Shown: positions 33,910 to 46,091, counted from the first letter of the stretch. The stretch: 64,000 nucleotides of DNA from an uncultured cyanobacterium (GCA_963744145.1 CAVUSO010000001.1:512001-576000); one strand, 5' to 3'. A program made the numbers and translations. Notes: generated from the sequence alone by a model not told the origin.

Positions 33910-36675
33910 ATGGAAGAAAATTATCCTTTAGCAATTCCGGACATTACCTCAGAGGATTGGACATCAACACCAGGTAGTGTCAAAAATCTGGTAGAACTGC
34001 TATTAGCACAAAGCAGAAAAGATGACGTTTTATTAACGACCAGAGAAAATTTGTTAAATCGCTGTCTAGATGCTTTACCGATCGGAGTTTATATCCATAA
34101 TTGTAGTGGACAATTAATCTACCTTAACCAAGCTGGCAAAAATCTGCTAGGAATTAGAGAAGTGTCAGTAAAAGAAACGGAGGATTTTACCGCAAAATTT
34201 CAAATATATTGTGACCGCACTAAAGAATTATATCCAACTGGTAAATTACCAATTCTGACAACTAAATTAGGTGAAAATTTTCAAGCTGATGATTGGGAAA
34301 TTCATCGAGAAGATCGGATAATTACTATAGAAGTTTGGGGAGCCAAGATCGATGATGTAAAGAGTAAAAATTATTACACGATCGCGGTATTTCAAGATAT
34401 TAATGAGCGCAAACAGACCGAGAAAGCATTAAGAGAAAGTCAGTATTTAATTGAGAAGATTACTAATACTACTCCCAATCTACTCTATATTTACGATCAG
34501 ATTGAACAGCGCAATGTCTACATAAACTATGCTGTAGCCGAATTACTGGGTTATTCACCTCAAACTGTAGTAGAAATGGGTGCTAATTTATTTCCTACTA
34601 TTTGTCATCCAGAAGATCTAAATCGAGTTTATGAGGCAATTCAACAGTGTACGAACTTATCAGACCATGAATTTGTTGAACTAGAATATCGGGTCAGAGA
34701 TGCTCAAGGGAAATGGCGGTGGTTGCACACTAGAGATACTGTATTTACGAGAACGGCTGATGGTAGAGTGAAACAAACTCTGGGTACTTCACAGGATATC
34801 ACTGATCATAAATTAGCCGAACAAGCATTAAAACAGAATATGGAGCAAGCTCAAGTAATTAATCGAGTCGTGCAAACTATTCGTCAATCTTTAGATCTAC
34901 CGACAATTCTCCATACTACTACCAGGGAAATTGCTCAACTTCTAGAATTAGAAGAAGCCGCGATCATTCAATATTTACCAGAACGTAAATGCTGGTTATT
35001 TATTGCTGATTATCAGCAAAATCCACAAGTAGCAAACCGGATTGGTGTGGAAATTCCTAGTGAGAACAACCCTATATCCGAGCAACTCAAACGGATGGAA
35101 ATAGTCAAAGTAGTTGATACTAATACTTTGACCGATGAAGTTAACCAGAAAATTGCTCAAGCAATACCCGGAGCATGGTTATTAGTACCAGTGATTGTTG
35201 AGAATAAAGTTTGGGGTGTTGTGGGTCTAGTTAATCACCAAAAAATTTCTGTCTGGGAAGATGAAAAGGTGGAATTGGTGCGCTTGTTAGCAGACCAACT
35301 AGCGATCGCTATCCATCAGTCTGAACTTTATAGTCAGGTACAGCAACTTAATAGTAACCTGGAACAACAAGTCCGAGAAAGGACAGCTCAATTACATCAA
35401 GTCCTTAATTTTGAAGCATTAGTCAGACGGATTACAGATAAAGTCCGGGATAGTTTGGATGAGTCCCAAATCCTGCAAACTGTAGTCCAGGAGTTGGGGA
35501 TTGATTTAGGAGTAGAATGCTGTGATGTGGGTATTTATAATCCAGACCAAACAACCGTAAAAGTTGCCTATGAATATAATCAAACTGGGCAATCTGTGCA
35601 AGGATCTGTAGTGGAAATCGTTAATTCTGTTGGTGCTGATATTTATGCTTTACTACTGAAGAAAAATTATTGTCAGTTCTGCTTAATTGTTGGTGATAGT
35701 CTTCGACGTAATGATTTTCCCCAGACGATTCTAGCTTGTCCGATTTATGATAATGAGGGAATTTTAGGAGACTTATGGTTATTTCGCAGAAAAGAAGAAA
35801 GCTTTAACGAGTTAGAAATTCGGTTAGTTCAGCAAATTGCTAATCAATGTGCGATCGCGCTGAGACAATCTCGTTTATATCAAGCAGTCCAGCTTCAAGT
35901 GCAAGAATTAGAAAGACTAAATCAACTAAAAGATGATTTCCTTTGTAGCGTTTCTCATGAATTACGGACACCAATGTCTAATATCAAGATGTCTACTCAG
36001 ATGCTAGAAATTACTTTAAATTCTTTGGGAGTATTTACCAATCAATCCTATCCAATTGTTAACTATTTTAAAATTCTCCAAACTGAAATTGAGCGGGAGA
36101 TTAGATTAATCAACGATTTGCTGGATATGGCTCGTCTAGATGGTGGTACAGATCCGATCAATCTGACGAAAATTTCCCTGCAAATTTTTATTCCTTATAT
36201 TGCTGAACCATTTATGGAAAGGATGCGGAAGCAACAACAACAATTACAAATCCATATTCCCGAAAATCTCCCATTATTAAATACTGATATGTCTTATTTA
36301 GAGCGGATTTTGTCTGAACTTTTGGACAATGCTTGTAAATATACTCCGAGCGGGGAGACTATCACTTTATCAGCTCAATTCATCCCTAATACATTAAATA
36401 TTTTTGTGAGTAACTCTGGGGTAGAAATTTCTCCAGTCGAGTGCGATCGCATTTTCGATAAATTCTACCGGATTCCTAATCATGATCCTTGGAAGTATGG
36501 AGGAACTGGATTAGGATTAGCACTGGTCAAAAAATTGACCGAACAGTTAGGAGCTAAAATTAAGGTTAATAGTAGTTTTGGTGAAATTAAATTTACTTTA
36601 GAATTTACCGATTGTCTGAGTTCGAGCGAAACTGAGAAAGCGATTAGAGGCGTTGCTGATTTACGGTATGAATAA
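33910..36675 (+). CDS. PAS-PAS-GAF-GAF sensor histidine kinase
   Basis: PAS/PAC (HPEDL, QDITDHK), two GAF domains, VSHELRTPM, NACKYT and GGTGLGL motifs. Confidence 0.92.
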   Translation: MEENYPLAIPDITSEDWTSTPGSVKNLVELLLAQSRKDDVLLTTRENLLNRCLDALPIGVYIHNCSGQLIYLNQAGKNLLGIREVSVKETEDFTAKFQIYCDRTKELYPTGKLPILTTKLGENFQADDWEIHREDRIITIEVWGAKIDDVKSKNYYTIAVFQDINERKQTEKALRESQYLIEKITNTTPNLLYIYDQIEQRNVYINYAVAELLGYSPQTVVEMGANLFPTICHPEDLNRVYEAIQQCTNLSDHEFVELEYRVRDAQGKWRWLHTRDTVFTRTADGRVKQTLGTSQDITDHKLAEQALKQNMEQAQVINRVVQTIRQSLDLPTILHTTTREIAQLLELEEAAIIQYLPERKCWLFIADYQQNPQVANRIGVEIPSENNPISEQLKRMEIVKVVDTNTLTDEVNQKIAQAIPGAWLLVPVIVENKVWGVVGLVNHQKISVWEDEKVELVRLLADQLAIAIHQSELYSQVQQLNSNLEQQVRERTAQLHQVLNFEALVRRITDKVRDSLDESQILQTVVQELGIDLGVECCDVGIYNPDQTTVKVAYEYNQTGQSVQGSVVEIVNSVGADIYALLLKKNYCQFCLIVGDSLRRNDFPQTILACPIYDNEGILGDLWLFRRKEESFNELEIRLVQQIANQCAIALRQSRLYQAVQLQVQELERLNQLKDDFLCSVSHELRTPMSNIKMSTQMLEITLNSLGVFTNQSYPIVNYFKILQTEIEREIRLINDLLDMARLDGGTDPINLTKISLQIFIPYIAEPFMERMRKQQQQLQIHIPENLPLLNTDMSYLERILSELLDNACKYTPSGETITLSAQFIPNTLNIFVSNSGVEISPVECDRIFDKFYRIPNHDPWKYGGTGLGLALVKKLTEQLGAKIKVNSSFGEIKFTLEFTDCLSSSETEKAIRGVADLRYE

Positions 36676-36740
36676 ATAATTTGTAGGGGCGTATGGCCAT
36701 ACGCCCCGATTGATTTTCATACCCTGATTAAGCAACGTCC
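36649..36740. mobile_element. MITE (GGCGTTGCTGA...TATGAA / TTCATA...AGCAACGTCC) inserted in the 3' end of the kinase gene
   Basis: Imperfect terminal inverted repeats of about 24 bp, internal GTAGGGGCGTA hairpin, flanking direct repeat GATTAGA(G). Confidence 0.7.
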
Positions 36741-36756
36741 GATTAGAGATATTGAC

Positions 36757-36832
36757 GAAGAAGGGTGAAGCATTCGGGTATAGTATCACTCGTTTGAGCG
36801 TTCAATTGTCGCCCGAATGCTTCACCCCTACA
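36757..36832 (+). repeat. REP/MITE core copy (GGGTGAAGCATTCGGG...CCCGAATGCTTCACCCCTAC)
   Basis: Same family as the copies at 18597, 54079 and 56540. Confidence 0.8.
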
Positions 36833-36833
36833 A

Positions 36834-38420
36834 TTAACCTTCAGCGCTCTTAGTGTTCAGATTGTTGTGGTAACTAACATCTGCTGCTTGAACAGGAATT
36901 TGCTTGCTCACCAATGGTTTTTGTAACATGGGAGTTTTAGCAATAGAATTATTAGCTAAAGTCAATAAGGGATTAGACAAAATCCCTGCTAGAGTAGTAG
37001 CGATAAAAGTCAGAACTAGACTGACTTGTAATGGTCTCATCCCAGATAAATTCCAGCTAATTTCTGGATAATTTTTCACCGCATCAGACATTTCGTGAGG
37101 TTCTTTAACTACCATCATTTTCACGACTCGGATGTAGTAGTAAATGGAAATGACACTGGTAATTAAACCAAGCAAAACTAAACCATAAATTTGGGCTTGC
37201 CAACCTGCCCAAAATAGATAAATTTTAGCAAAGAATCCTGCTAAAGGAGGAATCCCACCGAGGGAAAGTAAAGAAATACTCAGACATAAGGTGAGGAGAG
37301 GATCTTTTTGATAAAGACCAGCGTATTCGCTGATTTGATCGGTGCCCGTTCTGAGGGTGAACAAAATAACACAAATAAAACCACCTAAGTTCATAAATAA
37401 ATAAACTAGGAGGTAAAAGATGATACTTGAATAACCAGCATCGCTACCAGCAAGTAAGCCAATCATCACAAATCCGGCTTGACCGATCGATGAATAAGCT
37501 AACATCCGTTTCATGCTTGTTTGCGCTAGAGCTACAACATTACCTAAGATCATACTCAGGATAGCTAAAGCTGTGAAGACAAAGTGCCACTGAGGACTGA
37601 CGAGAGGAAATACGGTAATGAGGAGACGAATTGCTAGAGCAAAACCAGCAGCTTTGGAACCTACTGAAAGGAAAGCTACAACGGGAGTTGGTGAACCTTC
37701 ATAAACATCTGGAGTCCATTGATGGAAGGGAACAGCAGAAATTTTGAAAGCGATTCCTGCGATCGCAAATACCAGAGCAATAACTAAAGCTAGGGATTGT
37801 CCCGCATTAGCATTAGCAATTCCCGTCGCGATCGCATCTAAGTTAGTTTCACCACCAGATAATCCATAGAGGAGGGAAACTCCATAGAGGAAAACTGCTG
37901 AACTCGAAGCACCAATCAACAGATATTTTAAAGCAGCTTCATTGGAACGTGGATCGCGCTTGGTATAACCAGTGAGCAGGTAAGAGGAAATACTGAGAGT
38001 TTCTAAGGAGACAAAAATCACCACTAACTCATTCGCACCAGATAGGAACATTGCTCCTAATGTGGCACAGAGTAAGATCATGATGAATTCAGCTAAAGCA
38101 GTTCCTGTTTGTTCGATATAGGTGATCGACATTAAAATTGTCACCACCGTACAGAGGAGGATGATCCCGCGAAACACGAGACTGAGAGCGTCACTGTTAA
38201 ATCCACCTAAAAATGAGATGGTGTTAGTGTTATCCCATTGGAGGTACAGGGGGATGATCGCTACTAACAAACCGGCGATCGCGACATAAGGGACTAACCG
38301 TGCGGCAGATCTTCCTAAAATCAGATCTGTGATGATTATTCCCACTAGGGTAATGATGACAAAGCCCTCGGGCCAAATTGTACCCGCATTGAGCTGGGCT
38401 ACAAGACTAGCAAAATCCAT
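36834..38420 (-). CDS. ndhB: NAD(P)H-quinone oxidoreductase (NDH-1) subunit 2
   Basis: [32 protein letters not shown] and [13 protein letters not shown] motifs. Confidence 0.97.
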   Translation of the reverse strand: MDFASLVAQLNAGTIWPEGFVIITLVGIIITDLILGRSAARLVPYVAIAGLLVAIIPLYLQWDNTNTISFLGGFNSDALSLVFRGIILLCTVVTILMSITYIEQTGTALAEFIMILLCATLGAMFLSGANELVVIFVSLETLSISSYLLTGYTKRDPRSNEAALKYLLIGASSSAVFLYGVSLLYGLSGGETNLDAIATGIANANAGQSLALVIALVFAIAGIAFKISAVPFHQWTPDVYEGSPTPVVAFLSVGSKAAGFALAIRLLITVFPLVSPQWHFVFTALAILSMILGNVVALAQTSMKRMLAYSSIGQAGFVMIGLLAGSDAGYSSIIFYLLVYLFMNLGGFICVILFTLRTGTDQISEYAGLYQKDPLLTLCLSISLLSLGGIPPLAGFFAKIYLFWAGWQAQIYGLVLLGLITSVISIYYYIRVVKMMVVKEPHEMSDAVKNYPEISWNLSGMRPLQVSLVLTFIATTLAGILSNPLLTLANNSIAKTPMLQKPLVSKQIPVQAADVSYHNNLNTKSAEG

Positions 38421-38516
38421 AGTTTTTGGGCAGAATAGGGGAGAACAAGCTGGTTAAAAATACTTTACAATACCGTATTTTACCCCCGATGTTCAATTCA
38501 CAGCATAAAACTTGAT

Positions 38517-38640
38517 TAGACAAGCAAGCAAAAGTCATGGTGAGCAATTTATTGGACAGGCAAGATGCCTGTCCCACAATAGTCTTTTTTGTTGTGGGAC
38601 AGGCATCTTGCCTGTCCTAATTATCTTTGCAAGAAGTCTA
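38517..38640. repeat. REP/MITE-like element (GGACAGGCAAGATGCCTGTCCCAC palindrome pair, TAGAC...GTCTA ends)
   Basis: Inverted arms; second copy at about 51252-51376. Confidence 0.75.
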
Positions 38641-38641
38641 T

Positions 38642-39937
38642 TTAGCTTTCCTGAGCAAATTCATTTGGATCTACACCCCAATTAGCCCAGCGAATTGCTT
38701 CACGAGCAGATTGAAGATAGGGTGGTACACGAACAGCATGAATATGTCCGGTGCTGGGACAAGTCATTTTTAATAAATAAATAGGTTCGATATCGATTTG
38801 ACTATTGATCCGCAAGAGAGTATACTCTCGCCAGCTATCGATCTCAATTGCTTGTAATTCCTGACAAATTCTGCCATAACCAATACCTTGAATTAAAACT
38901 CGTCTGAGTTCTGCATTCGGTTCTTCTAACAACCAGCGTGATTGCCATTGATGGGGATGCCAAACACCATATTTTTCTGGTAATCTAGTGCCATGATAGG
39001 CATAGAGTCGGTAGCCATCAGCAAAAAGAATGGCGGGTTCTCCGACGCGATGGAGACGATTTTCCTCATCAAAATGCAGTTCACGGGGTCGATCGCAAAC
39101 TAGACAAGCTTTTTCTAATTGGATTACCCAACCACAGGATTGAGTTAATAATTGTAAAGCTTCCCACCCAGAGCGATCGCAATCGCAATCTAACACCGAA
39201 ACACAAAAATCAATGCTATCGATCGAAAAAGCGAGAATATTTCTAATCAGATTCGATAATACCCCAATTCCCCCGACCAGCTGAAGCAAAGGTTGTCTCA
39301 ATTCCTGATCCCAGGTTTGGATCAATGGTTGAGTTGATAAAGGTTTCCAGACATTTTCTGCTAATTGCTCAGAGATGGGTTGACCTAAATTCATCCAGAA
39401 AAAATCACTAATTTGAGCAATAATTTCTCCTCCAGGTTGTTTCAGTAAGTGTTTACGGATTTCTACTTGTTGTTGTTCCCAGATTTGATTTAAAATTTGT
39501 TCTTGCCATTGCTGCCAAAATACCTCAGCTAGAAATTCGCGATTTTCACCAACTAAAGAATCTTGAAATATAAACATGAATAAATTAAACTGATTATTAA
39601 CACCTTCTGCTGCTAGTTTCTGCCAAATATTTGGATGTAATTGGGTTTGAATCTGTTCACAAATTTGCGGTGCTAAAGATTGTAATAGGGGAGCGCCTAG
39701 TTGCTGGGCTAATTTTTCGGGATTTTGGTGTACTAATAGTTGGGCGATTTCCCGAGGACTTTTAAAAAATAAAATTTCTGGTGTTTTTCTACCAATAACT
39801 TCATAAGCTTTTTTGACCGCTATTTCAGCTTCTTGACGATTAATCGGAGTAGTAGATAAAGCAATTTTTTGCCATTTTTGACGATAGATAGCGATCGCGG
39901 CTTCTTGTTCAGGAGTGAGGAATTCAATGGTTGACAT
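38642..39937 (-). CDS. DUF6745-like domain protein
   Basis: N-terminal LTPEQEAAI..YRQKW; C-terminal RLHRVGEPAILFADG, NAELRRVLIQGIG and CPSTG..HAVRVPP..AREAIRW. Confidence 0.75.
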   Translation of the reverse strand: MSTIEFLTPEQEAAIAIYRQKWQKIALSTTPINRQEAEIAVKKAYEVIGRKTPEILFFKSPREIAQLLVHQNPEKLAQQLGAPLLQSLAPQICEQIQTQLHPNIWQKLAAEGVNNQFNLFMFIFQDSLVGENREFLAEVFWQQWQEQILNQIWEQQQVEIRKHLLKQPGGEIIAQISDFFWMNLGQPISEQLAENVWKPLSTQPLIQTWDQELRQPLLQLVGGIGVLSNLIRNILAFSIDSIDFCVSVLDCDCDRSGWEALQLLTQSCGWVIQLEKACLVCDRPRELHFDEENRLHRVGEPAILFADGYRLYAYHGTRLPEKYGVWHPHQWQSRWLLEEPNAELRRVLIQGIGYGRICQELQAIEIDSWREYTLLRINSQIDIEPIYLLKMTCPSTGHIHAVRVPPYLQSAREAIRWANWGVDPNEFAQES

Positions 39938-40009
39938 AATGGTAATTCACCTAGTTAATCGCTAAAAATAGGAGCGAGCGATCGCTCGCCCTTACTTTAG
40001 TGCTTGATT

Positions 40010-40303
40010 TTAGTCAGCAATATAGCGCCATCCATCGGGTTCATACTCACGCTGAATCCTGACCATCCAATTACCCTGGGGAATATTAATCGCTTGATGT
40101 TCTTCGTGGGTTAAAACCGCAGCATCAGATAACACGCGTAAATATAATGTCCCATCCCGTTCATATAATTCCGCTTTACCGTCGCTGATCCGATGGGAAT
40201 GTCCAGTAACCTCACCTTGGGCTAAAGTCAAATGAGATAACTTATTTCCTTCAGTCTGCGGCACGGGTAGCAAAATTACGTCCCCTTGTCGAATTGGTAA
40301 CAT
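40010..40303 (-). CDS. Conserved small His-rich beta protein, partner of the DUF6745-like gene
   Basis: IRQGDV, LAQGEVTGHSH, HEEH and RIQREY motifs. Confidence 0.75.
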   Translation of the reverse strand: MLPIRQGDVILLPVPQTEGNKLSHLTLAQGEVTGHSHRISDGKAELYERDGTLYLRVLSDAAVLTHEEHQAINIPQGNWMVRIQREYEPDGWRYIAD

Positions 40304-40587
40304 AGAATCTGCTCCAAATTTTGGTGATTATATATTAATTTTAGCAATTATAGACACAGATCGGGGGTGTTGGGGGCCTGAATTCAAGCTGGTAACCTGT
40401 TTTCTGACCCATCTGGCTGTTAATTGTTTTCAGTTTTCACAAATAAAACGTAATCCAGCAGAAATTCAGCTATAAGCTAAAAAAGTAAAGTAGCCTTCAT
40501 ATATGTAATTTTGATTCCCTACTTGACATTTGTCCAGAATTAACTACATTGGACTTTCGAGTCTAGCCGGTATCCTGTAAAGTTCCC

Positions 40588-43236
40588 ATGTCAACCCTTG
40601 TCATTGTCGAATCTCCTACCAAAGCTCGTACCATTCGTAACTTCCTCCCTTCTGACTACCGTGTGGAAGCTTCGATGGGTCATGTCCGTGATTTGCCACC
40701 TTCTGCTGAAGAAGTGCCGGAATCGGCTAAGGGCCAAAAGTGGGCTCAGTTGGGCGTAAATGTCGATGCTGACTTTGAACCCCTATATGTCATCCCCAAA
40801 GAAAAAAGAAAAATTGTTAAGGAACTTAAAGATGCCTTGAAAGAAGCCTCTGAGTTAATCCTAGCAACTGACGAAGATCGGGAAGGGGAAAGTATTAGTT
40901 GGCATTTACTCCAGCTTTTAGCTCCTAAAGTGCCCAGTAAGCGCATGGTTTTTCATGAAATTACTCAAGAAGCAATTCAGAAAGCGCTGCAAAACTGTCG
41001 CAAAATTGATGAAAAACTAGTCCACGCTCAAGAAACTAGAAGGATTTTAGATCGCTTAGTGGGATATACTCTGTCTCCCCTGTTATGGAAAAAAATTGCT
41101 GGTGGTTTATCTGCTGGAAGAGTCCAGTCGGTGGCTGTACGCTTGCTGGTGAAAAAAGAACGGGAGCGTCGTGCTTTTCGTCAAGGTAGTTATTGGGATT
41201 TAAAAGCCAGTTTGACCCAAGAAAAAATTGCCTTTGAGGCTCGCTTAGTGATCCTAGCAGGAATAAAGGTAGCTACTGGTAGTGATTTTGATGAATCTAC
41301 TGGTCAAATTGCGGCTGGTCGGAATGTGCGGTTATTAAGTGAAGCTGATAGTAGGAGTCTACAAGAAAGGTTGACTGGAAAGACTTGGACGGTGACGGAA
41401 ATTGATGAACGTCCAGTTACTCGCAAACCAGCTCCACCTTTTACTACTTCCACTCTCCAACAGGAAGCTAATCGGAAACTGAATTTATCTGCAAGAGAAA
41501 CTATGCGGATTGCTCAGAATTTGTATGAGCAAGGTTATATTACTTATATGCGGACCGATTCAGTCCATTTATCGGAACAAGCGATCGCCGCAGCTCGTGC
41601 TTGTGTAGCTGAAAAGTATGGTCAGGAATATCTGAGTCCGGAACCACGTCAGTATACAACTAAAAGTAAAGGTGCCCAAGAAGCTCACGAAGCAATTCGT
41701 CCTGCTGGTAATGTGTTCCGGATTCCTCAAGAAACGGGATTGGCTAGTCGCGAACTTCAACTCTATGATTTGATTTGGAAACGTACTGTTGCTAGTCAAA
41801 TGGCTGACGCTCGGCAAACTCATATTACAGTTAATCTGCAAGTTGAGGATGCGGTTTTTCGTTCTAGTGGTAAACGGATTAACTTCCCCGGTTTTTTACG
41901 TGCTTATGTGGAAGGATCGGATGACCCGAATGCAGCGATCGAAGATCAAGAGGTAATTTTACCTCAAATGAAAAAGGGCGATCGACCCAAATGTAACAAT
42001 TTAGAAGCGATCGGTCACGAAACTCAACCCCCCGCTCGTTATACAGAAGCATCTTTAGTCAAAACTTTAGAAAGTGAAGGGATTGGTCGTCCGAGTACCT
42101 ACGCGAGTATTATTGGGACAATTGTTGACCGTGGTTATGCTCAATTACTCAATAATGCCCTAATTCCTACTTTTACGGCTTTTGCAGTTACAGGTTTATT
42201 AGAGAAACATTTTCCTGATTTAGTCGATCTGAGTTTTACTTCCCGGATGGAACAAACCCTAGATGATATTTCTACGGGTGAGGTAGATTGGCTCCCTTAT
42301 TTGAAAAAATTTTACTTAGGTGAAACTGGATTAGAAACCCAAGTCAAGGAACAAGAAAGCCAAATTGATGCGATCGAAGCTCGGACGGTTGAATTAGAAA
42401 ACCTGAATGTGAAAGTCAGGATTGGCAAATTTGGTCCATATATTGAAGCAGAAAATGAGAATGGACCTGTAACTGCTTCTATTCCCAAGAATTTGACTCC
42501 TGCGGATTTAACACCAGAACAGGTAGAATTTTTACTGCGTCAAAAAACTGAAGGACCAGATAAATTAGGAATCCATTCGGAAACTGGGGAAAGTATTTAT
42601 ATAGTGATTGGTAGTTATGGTCCTTATGTGCAGTTAGGTGAAGTTTCTGAGACTAATAAGAAACCAAAACGAGCTAGTTTACCGAAAGGATTAACACCGG
42701 AAAATATCACTGTGGAAATCGCAGAGGGGTTGTTATCTTTACCCCGTAATTTAGGGTCTCACCCAGAAACTGGTGCAAAAGTTCAAGCTGGATTAGGACG
42801 TTTTGGTCCCTATGTGGTTCACGACCAAGGTAAGGAAGGTAAGGATTTTCGTTCTTTAAAATCTAGTGATGATGTATTGACAATTTCCCTAGAACGTGCA
42901 TTGGAATTATTAGCCGTACCTAAACCTGAAAGAGGAGGGAGGAATAAAACTAAGTCTAAAGCAGCTTTACGAGAAATGGGTCAACATCCAACGGATAATG
43001 AACCAATCAATATTTATGACGGTCCTTATGGTCCTTACATTAAACATGGAAAAACTAATGTTTCTATTCCTGAAGGACAATCAGTGGAAGATATTGCATT
43101 GGATACAGCGATCGAACTTTTAGCTGCTAAAGCTTCATCGGGAAAAAGTAAAAGTAAGTCTACCAAGGCAACTAAATCTAGCACTAAATCAGCTAGTTCA
43201 ACTACGAAAAAGACAACTAAAACTACTAATAAATAA
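40588..43236 (+). CDS. topA: DNA topoisomerase I
   Basis: [34 protein letters not shown] (catalytic Tyr), C-terminal GxxGPY repeats and Lys-rich tail. Confidence 0.98.
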   Translation: MSTLVIVESPTKARTIRNFLPSDYRVEASMGHVRDLPPSAEEVPESAKGQKWAQLGVNVDADFEPLYVIPKEKRKIVKELKDALKEASELILATDEDREGESISWHLLQLLAPKVPSKRMVFHEITQEAIQKALQNCRKIDEKLVHAQETRRILDRLVGYTLSPLLWKKIAGGLSAGRVQSVAVRLLVKKERERRAFRQGSYWDLKASLTQEKIAFEARLVILAGIKVATGSDFDESTGQIAAGRNVRLLSEADSRSLQERLTGKTWTVTEIDERPVTRKPAPPFTTSTLQQEANRKLNLSARETMRIAQNLYEQGYITYMRTDSVHLSEQAIAAARACVAEKYGQEYLSPEPRQYTTKSKGAQEAHEAIRPAGNVFRIPQETGLASRELQLYDLIWKRTVASQMADARQTHITVNLQVEDAVFRSSGKRINFPGFLRAYVEGSDDPNAAIEDQEVILPQMKKGDRPKCNNLEAIGHETQPPARYTEASLVKTLESEGIGRPSTYASIIGTIVDRGYAQLLNNALIPTFTAFAVTGLLEKHFPDLVDLSFTSRMEQTLDDISTGEVDWLPYLKKFYLGETGLETQVKEQESQIDAIEARTVELENLNVKVRIGKFGPYIEAENENGPVTASIPKNLTPADLTPEQVEFLLRQKTEGPDKLGIHSETGESIYIVIGSYGPYVQLGEVSETNKKPKRASLPKGLTPENITVEIAEGLLSLPRNLGSHPETGAKVQAGLGRFGPYVVHDQGKEGKDFRSLKSSDDVLTISLERALELLAVPKPERGGRNKTKSKAALREMGQHPTDNEPINIYDGPYGPYIKHGKTNVSIPEGQSVEDIALDTAIELLAAKASSGKSKSKSTKATKSSTKSASSTTKKTTKTTNK

Positions 43237-43425
43237 TAGGGGCGTAGCAATACGCTCCTGAGCATAATTGTATCCATCGACGAAGCGCTAAATCTACATT
43301 TAGAGCAGGGTGAATCTATGTTATCTCTGCCTTTTACTGAATGGGGCGATCGTTAGTTGTTTTTTTATAATGATCTAAGGTTGCCTGGTTGAGTTAAAAT
43401 AAAATATCCTCAGATATTTTCAGAT

Positions 43426-43632
43426 ATGAACACAAAACTCATTGAATCCCTAGTACAAATCATTCAGGCACTTTCTGAAGAGGAGCAATTGCTCATCAAA
43501 GCAAAACTATTTAATCACATACCCTATCCTTCTACCGTGGAAATAACCCAGTTAGCCCAAAACGGAGGAGTATTTCAATTCCTGCAAGATGAACCGGATA
43601 TTTATACCCTTGAAGATGGAGAGCCAATTTAG
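43426..43632 (+). CDS. Small antitoxin-like hypothetical protein with no toxin partner
   Basis: MNTKLIESLVQIIQALSEEEQ...FLQDEPDIYTLEDGEPI resembles small cyanobacterial TA-associated proteins. Confidence 0.55.
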   Translation: MNTKLIESLVQIIQALSEEEQLLIKAKLFNHIPYPSTVEITQLAQNGGVFQFLQDEPDIYTLEDGEPI

Positions 43633-43665
43633 TGAAGTTAAAAAGATGAATTTGCTTTAAACACT

Positions 43666-43788
43666 TCAGAGCCAGAATTTTCTAACAATCAAAGCAACTT
43701 CCAGCACTTCTTCCGCAGAGCCATATTTACCAGTTCCCAGTTTATTTTGGAGCAATCATTCTTGGGCTTTCGTCAGAGTAATGCTCAT
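43666..43788 (-). pseudogene. ParD-like (RHH) antitoxin remnant
   Basis: Manual translation MSITLTKAQE*LLQNKLGTGKYGSAEEVLEVAL...: internal stop and truncated. Confidence 0.6.
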
Positions 43789-43851
43789 AAAATTTTCAGG
43801 TTATTTTGATGATTAATTAGTATAATACCTCAATTCTATTAATTTTTAACT

Positions 43852-45961
43852 ATGGTTACCTCAATAAAATCTAGCACCCCTAAATTGTTTAAATTTCGGC
43901 TTCGTACAGCTCTTGTAGTTCCCTTTGTCTGCCAAATTGCTGGGACAGTGGGATTAGTGGGATATCTTTCATTTCGGAATGGACAAGAGGCAGTCAACAA
44001 ACTTGCGAGTCAAATCAGAATCGAGACTGCGAGCCACGTCCAGCGAGTGATGGAGAACTATTTTACAGTGCCATTCAAAATAACACATAGCAACATTAAC
44101 GCATTGCGGCTTAATCAAATCAAACTTCAAGATAAAGAAGCGATCGAACAATATTTTTTCTATCAGTTTCAGGCTTTCCCTTTATCACAGGAACTCTATG
44201 TGGGAATGCCTGATGGCACTCTGATCTATGTAGTACACAAACCTAATGGCACTTTCATTGCCAATACGACTAGTATTTTTCCCAAGCGAGAAATGTATCA
44301 ACTTGATCATCAAGGTAAGCGGGGTAAGCTCATAAGTACAAGTGATTATGATTGCCGCACTCGTCCCTGGTATAAACTCGCAGTTGAGAAGCGAGGACAG
44401 GTATGGACAGATGTATATTTGTTTACAACGTTACAGAAATTGGGGATTACAGCAGCAGAACCTTATTATGATGAACAGGGTAAACTTATGGCAATTTTTA
44501 CCGGTCAATTTCCTCTAGAAGTAATCTCGGATTTTTTGGGGACTCTCAAAGTCAGCTCAACCGGACAGGTTTTTATTCTGAGATCGGACTGGACGGCTAT
44601 CTGCATCATCAACAGGAGAAAACTCCTTAGTTGGTGCGAATGGAGAACAGAATCTGTTTGACGCAGTTGAGAGTAAAAATCTTTTGACTAGTAAAACAGC
44701 ACAGTATTTAAAACAGCAGTTTAGTGATCTGAGCCAAGTTAAAGAGTTGCAAGAGTTATCTTTTGATATTGATGGTAAACGTCAATACCTGCTGGTGCAG
44801 CCTTATATTGATCCAAAGGGATTGGATTTTCTGATCGTAGTCGTTGTACCAGAAGCAGATTTTATGGAACAAGTTAATGCTAATAATCGCACCACAATTT
44901 GGCTATGTTTGCTGGCGTTGGGATTAGCGATCGCTGTAGCAATTGTGACTAGTAACTGGATTACTCGTCCGATTTTGCGAATTGCCGAAGCCTCAGAAAA
45001 GTTGGCAGAGGGAAATTTTGACCAGCATATTCTATCTAGTCAGATGATTGAAATTGCCAGACTGATAAATTCCTTTAATCTGATGGCAAAACAACTCAAA
45101 GACTCTTTTGACAAAATCACTTCAGTAATTTTGCAGGCTGATCAAGTTGGGAATCAAATCAGATTATCTACCAGCCAAATTGTTAATGGGAACCAGCAAA
45201 TAGAAGCTACCGCAGTCCAGCAAGCTACTTCAACAAATGAAGTAGGAACAACTGCCCGTCAAATTGCCTCTACTGCTGGGAAATTAGTTGAGACGACAGA
45301 AAATATTGCTGCACAAGCTACCACAACGGAATTGGCAGCGAGTCAGGGTCAAAAGAGCCTGAGCGAAATGGCTGAAGCAATGAATCAGTTGGCAGAATCT
45401 ACCAATTTAATTGTTTCTCGGCTAGAGGTAATGACGGAAAAAGCTCAGAAAATTAATAGCGTGGTGCTGACTATTTCTAAAGTAGCAGATCAGACCAATT
45501 TAATTTCTATTAACGCTAATATTGAAGCAGAAAAAGCCGGAGAGGCTGGAGTAGGTTTTGCGGTTGTGGCTAGAGAAGTGCGTCGAATGGCTGATAACTC
45601 AGCCGCGGCTTCTGGAGAAATAGAAGATATAGTCAAAGATCTTCAATTATCTGTTTCTCAGGGTATGATGGCAATGGATAAGTTCAGCCAACAAGTAGGT
45701 TACTATGTAGAACAGGTTGGTCGCATTAGTGGACAGATTGCTGAGGTAATTGAGCAAGTCCAGAGCCTGACGCCCCAATTTCACCAGATTAGTCATAGGA
45801 TGGAAGGACAATTTCAAGGAGCGCAGCAAATTAGTTTCGCGATCGCTCAATTAAGTGAAGTTTCCCAGCAAACTGTTGTATCCTTGCAAGAAACTAACCA
45901 GGCTCTACAACAATTGAATGATACCGCACAAGAACTCCAAAATGTGGTTAAATCCAGTTAA
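43852..45961 (+). CDS. Methyl-accepting chemotaxis protein (Cache-HAMP-MA), split by a +1 frameshift at about 44581
   Basis: Collinear with the downstream paralogue; removing A44581 gives GQVFILDRTG...STGEN; QTNLISINANIEAEKAGEAGVGFAVVAREVR signalling motif. Confidence 0.88.
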
Positions 45962-46091
45962 TTAGTAAAAAAATCAAGGTGGTTTTCCCAATATATTTTA
46001 CCAGCGAAAAGAAATTGAGAGGTATAAAGAAAATCTAAAATTTAGAATAGTTATTAAGCAGAATTTCGTCTATTAGCCTAATTATATCATC

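Noticed and set aside
34850..35880. Cyanobacteriochrome photoreceptor GAF domains in the histidine kinase
   Set aside because: No recognisable bilin-binding Cys-His or DXCF-type motif in either GAF
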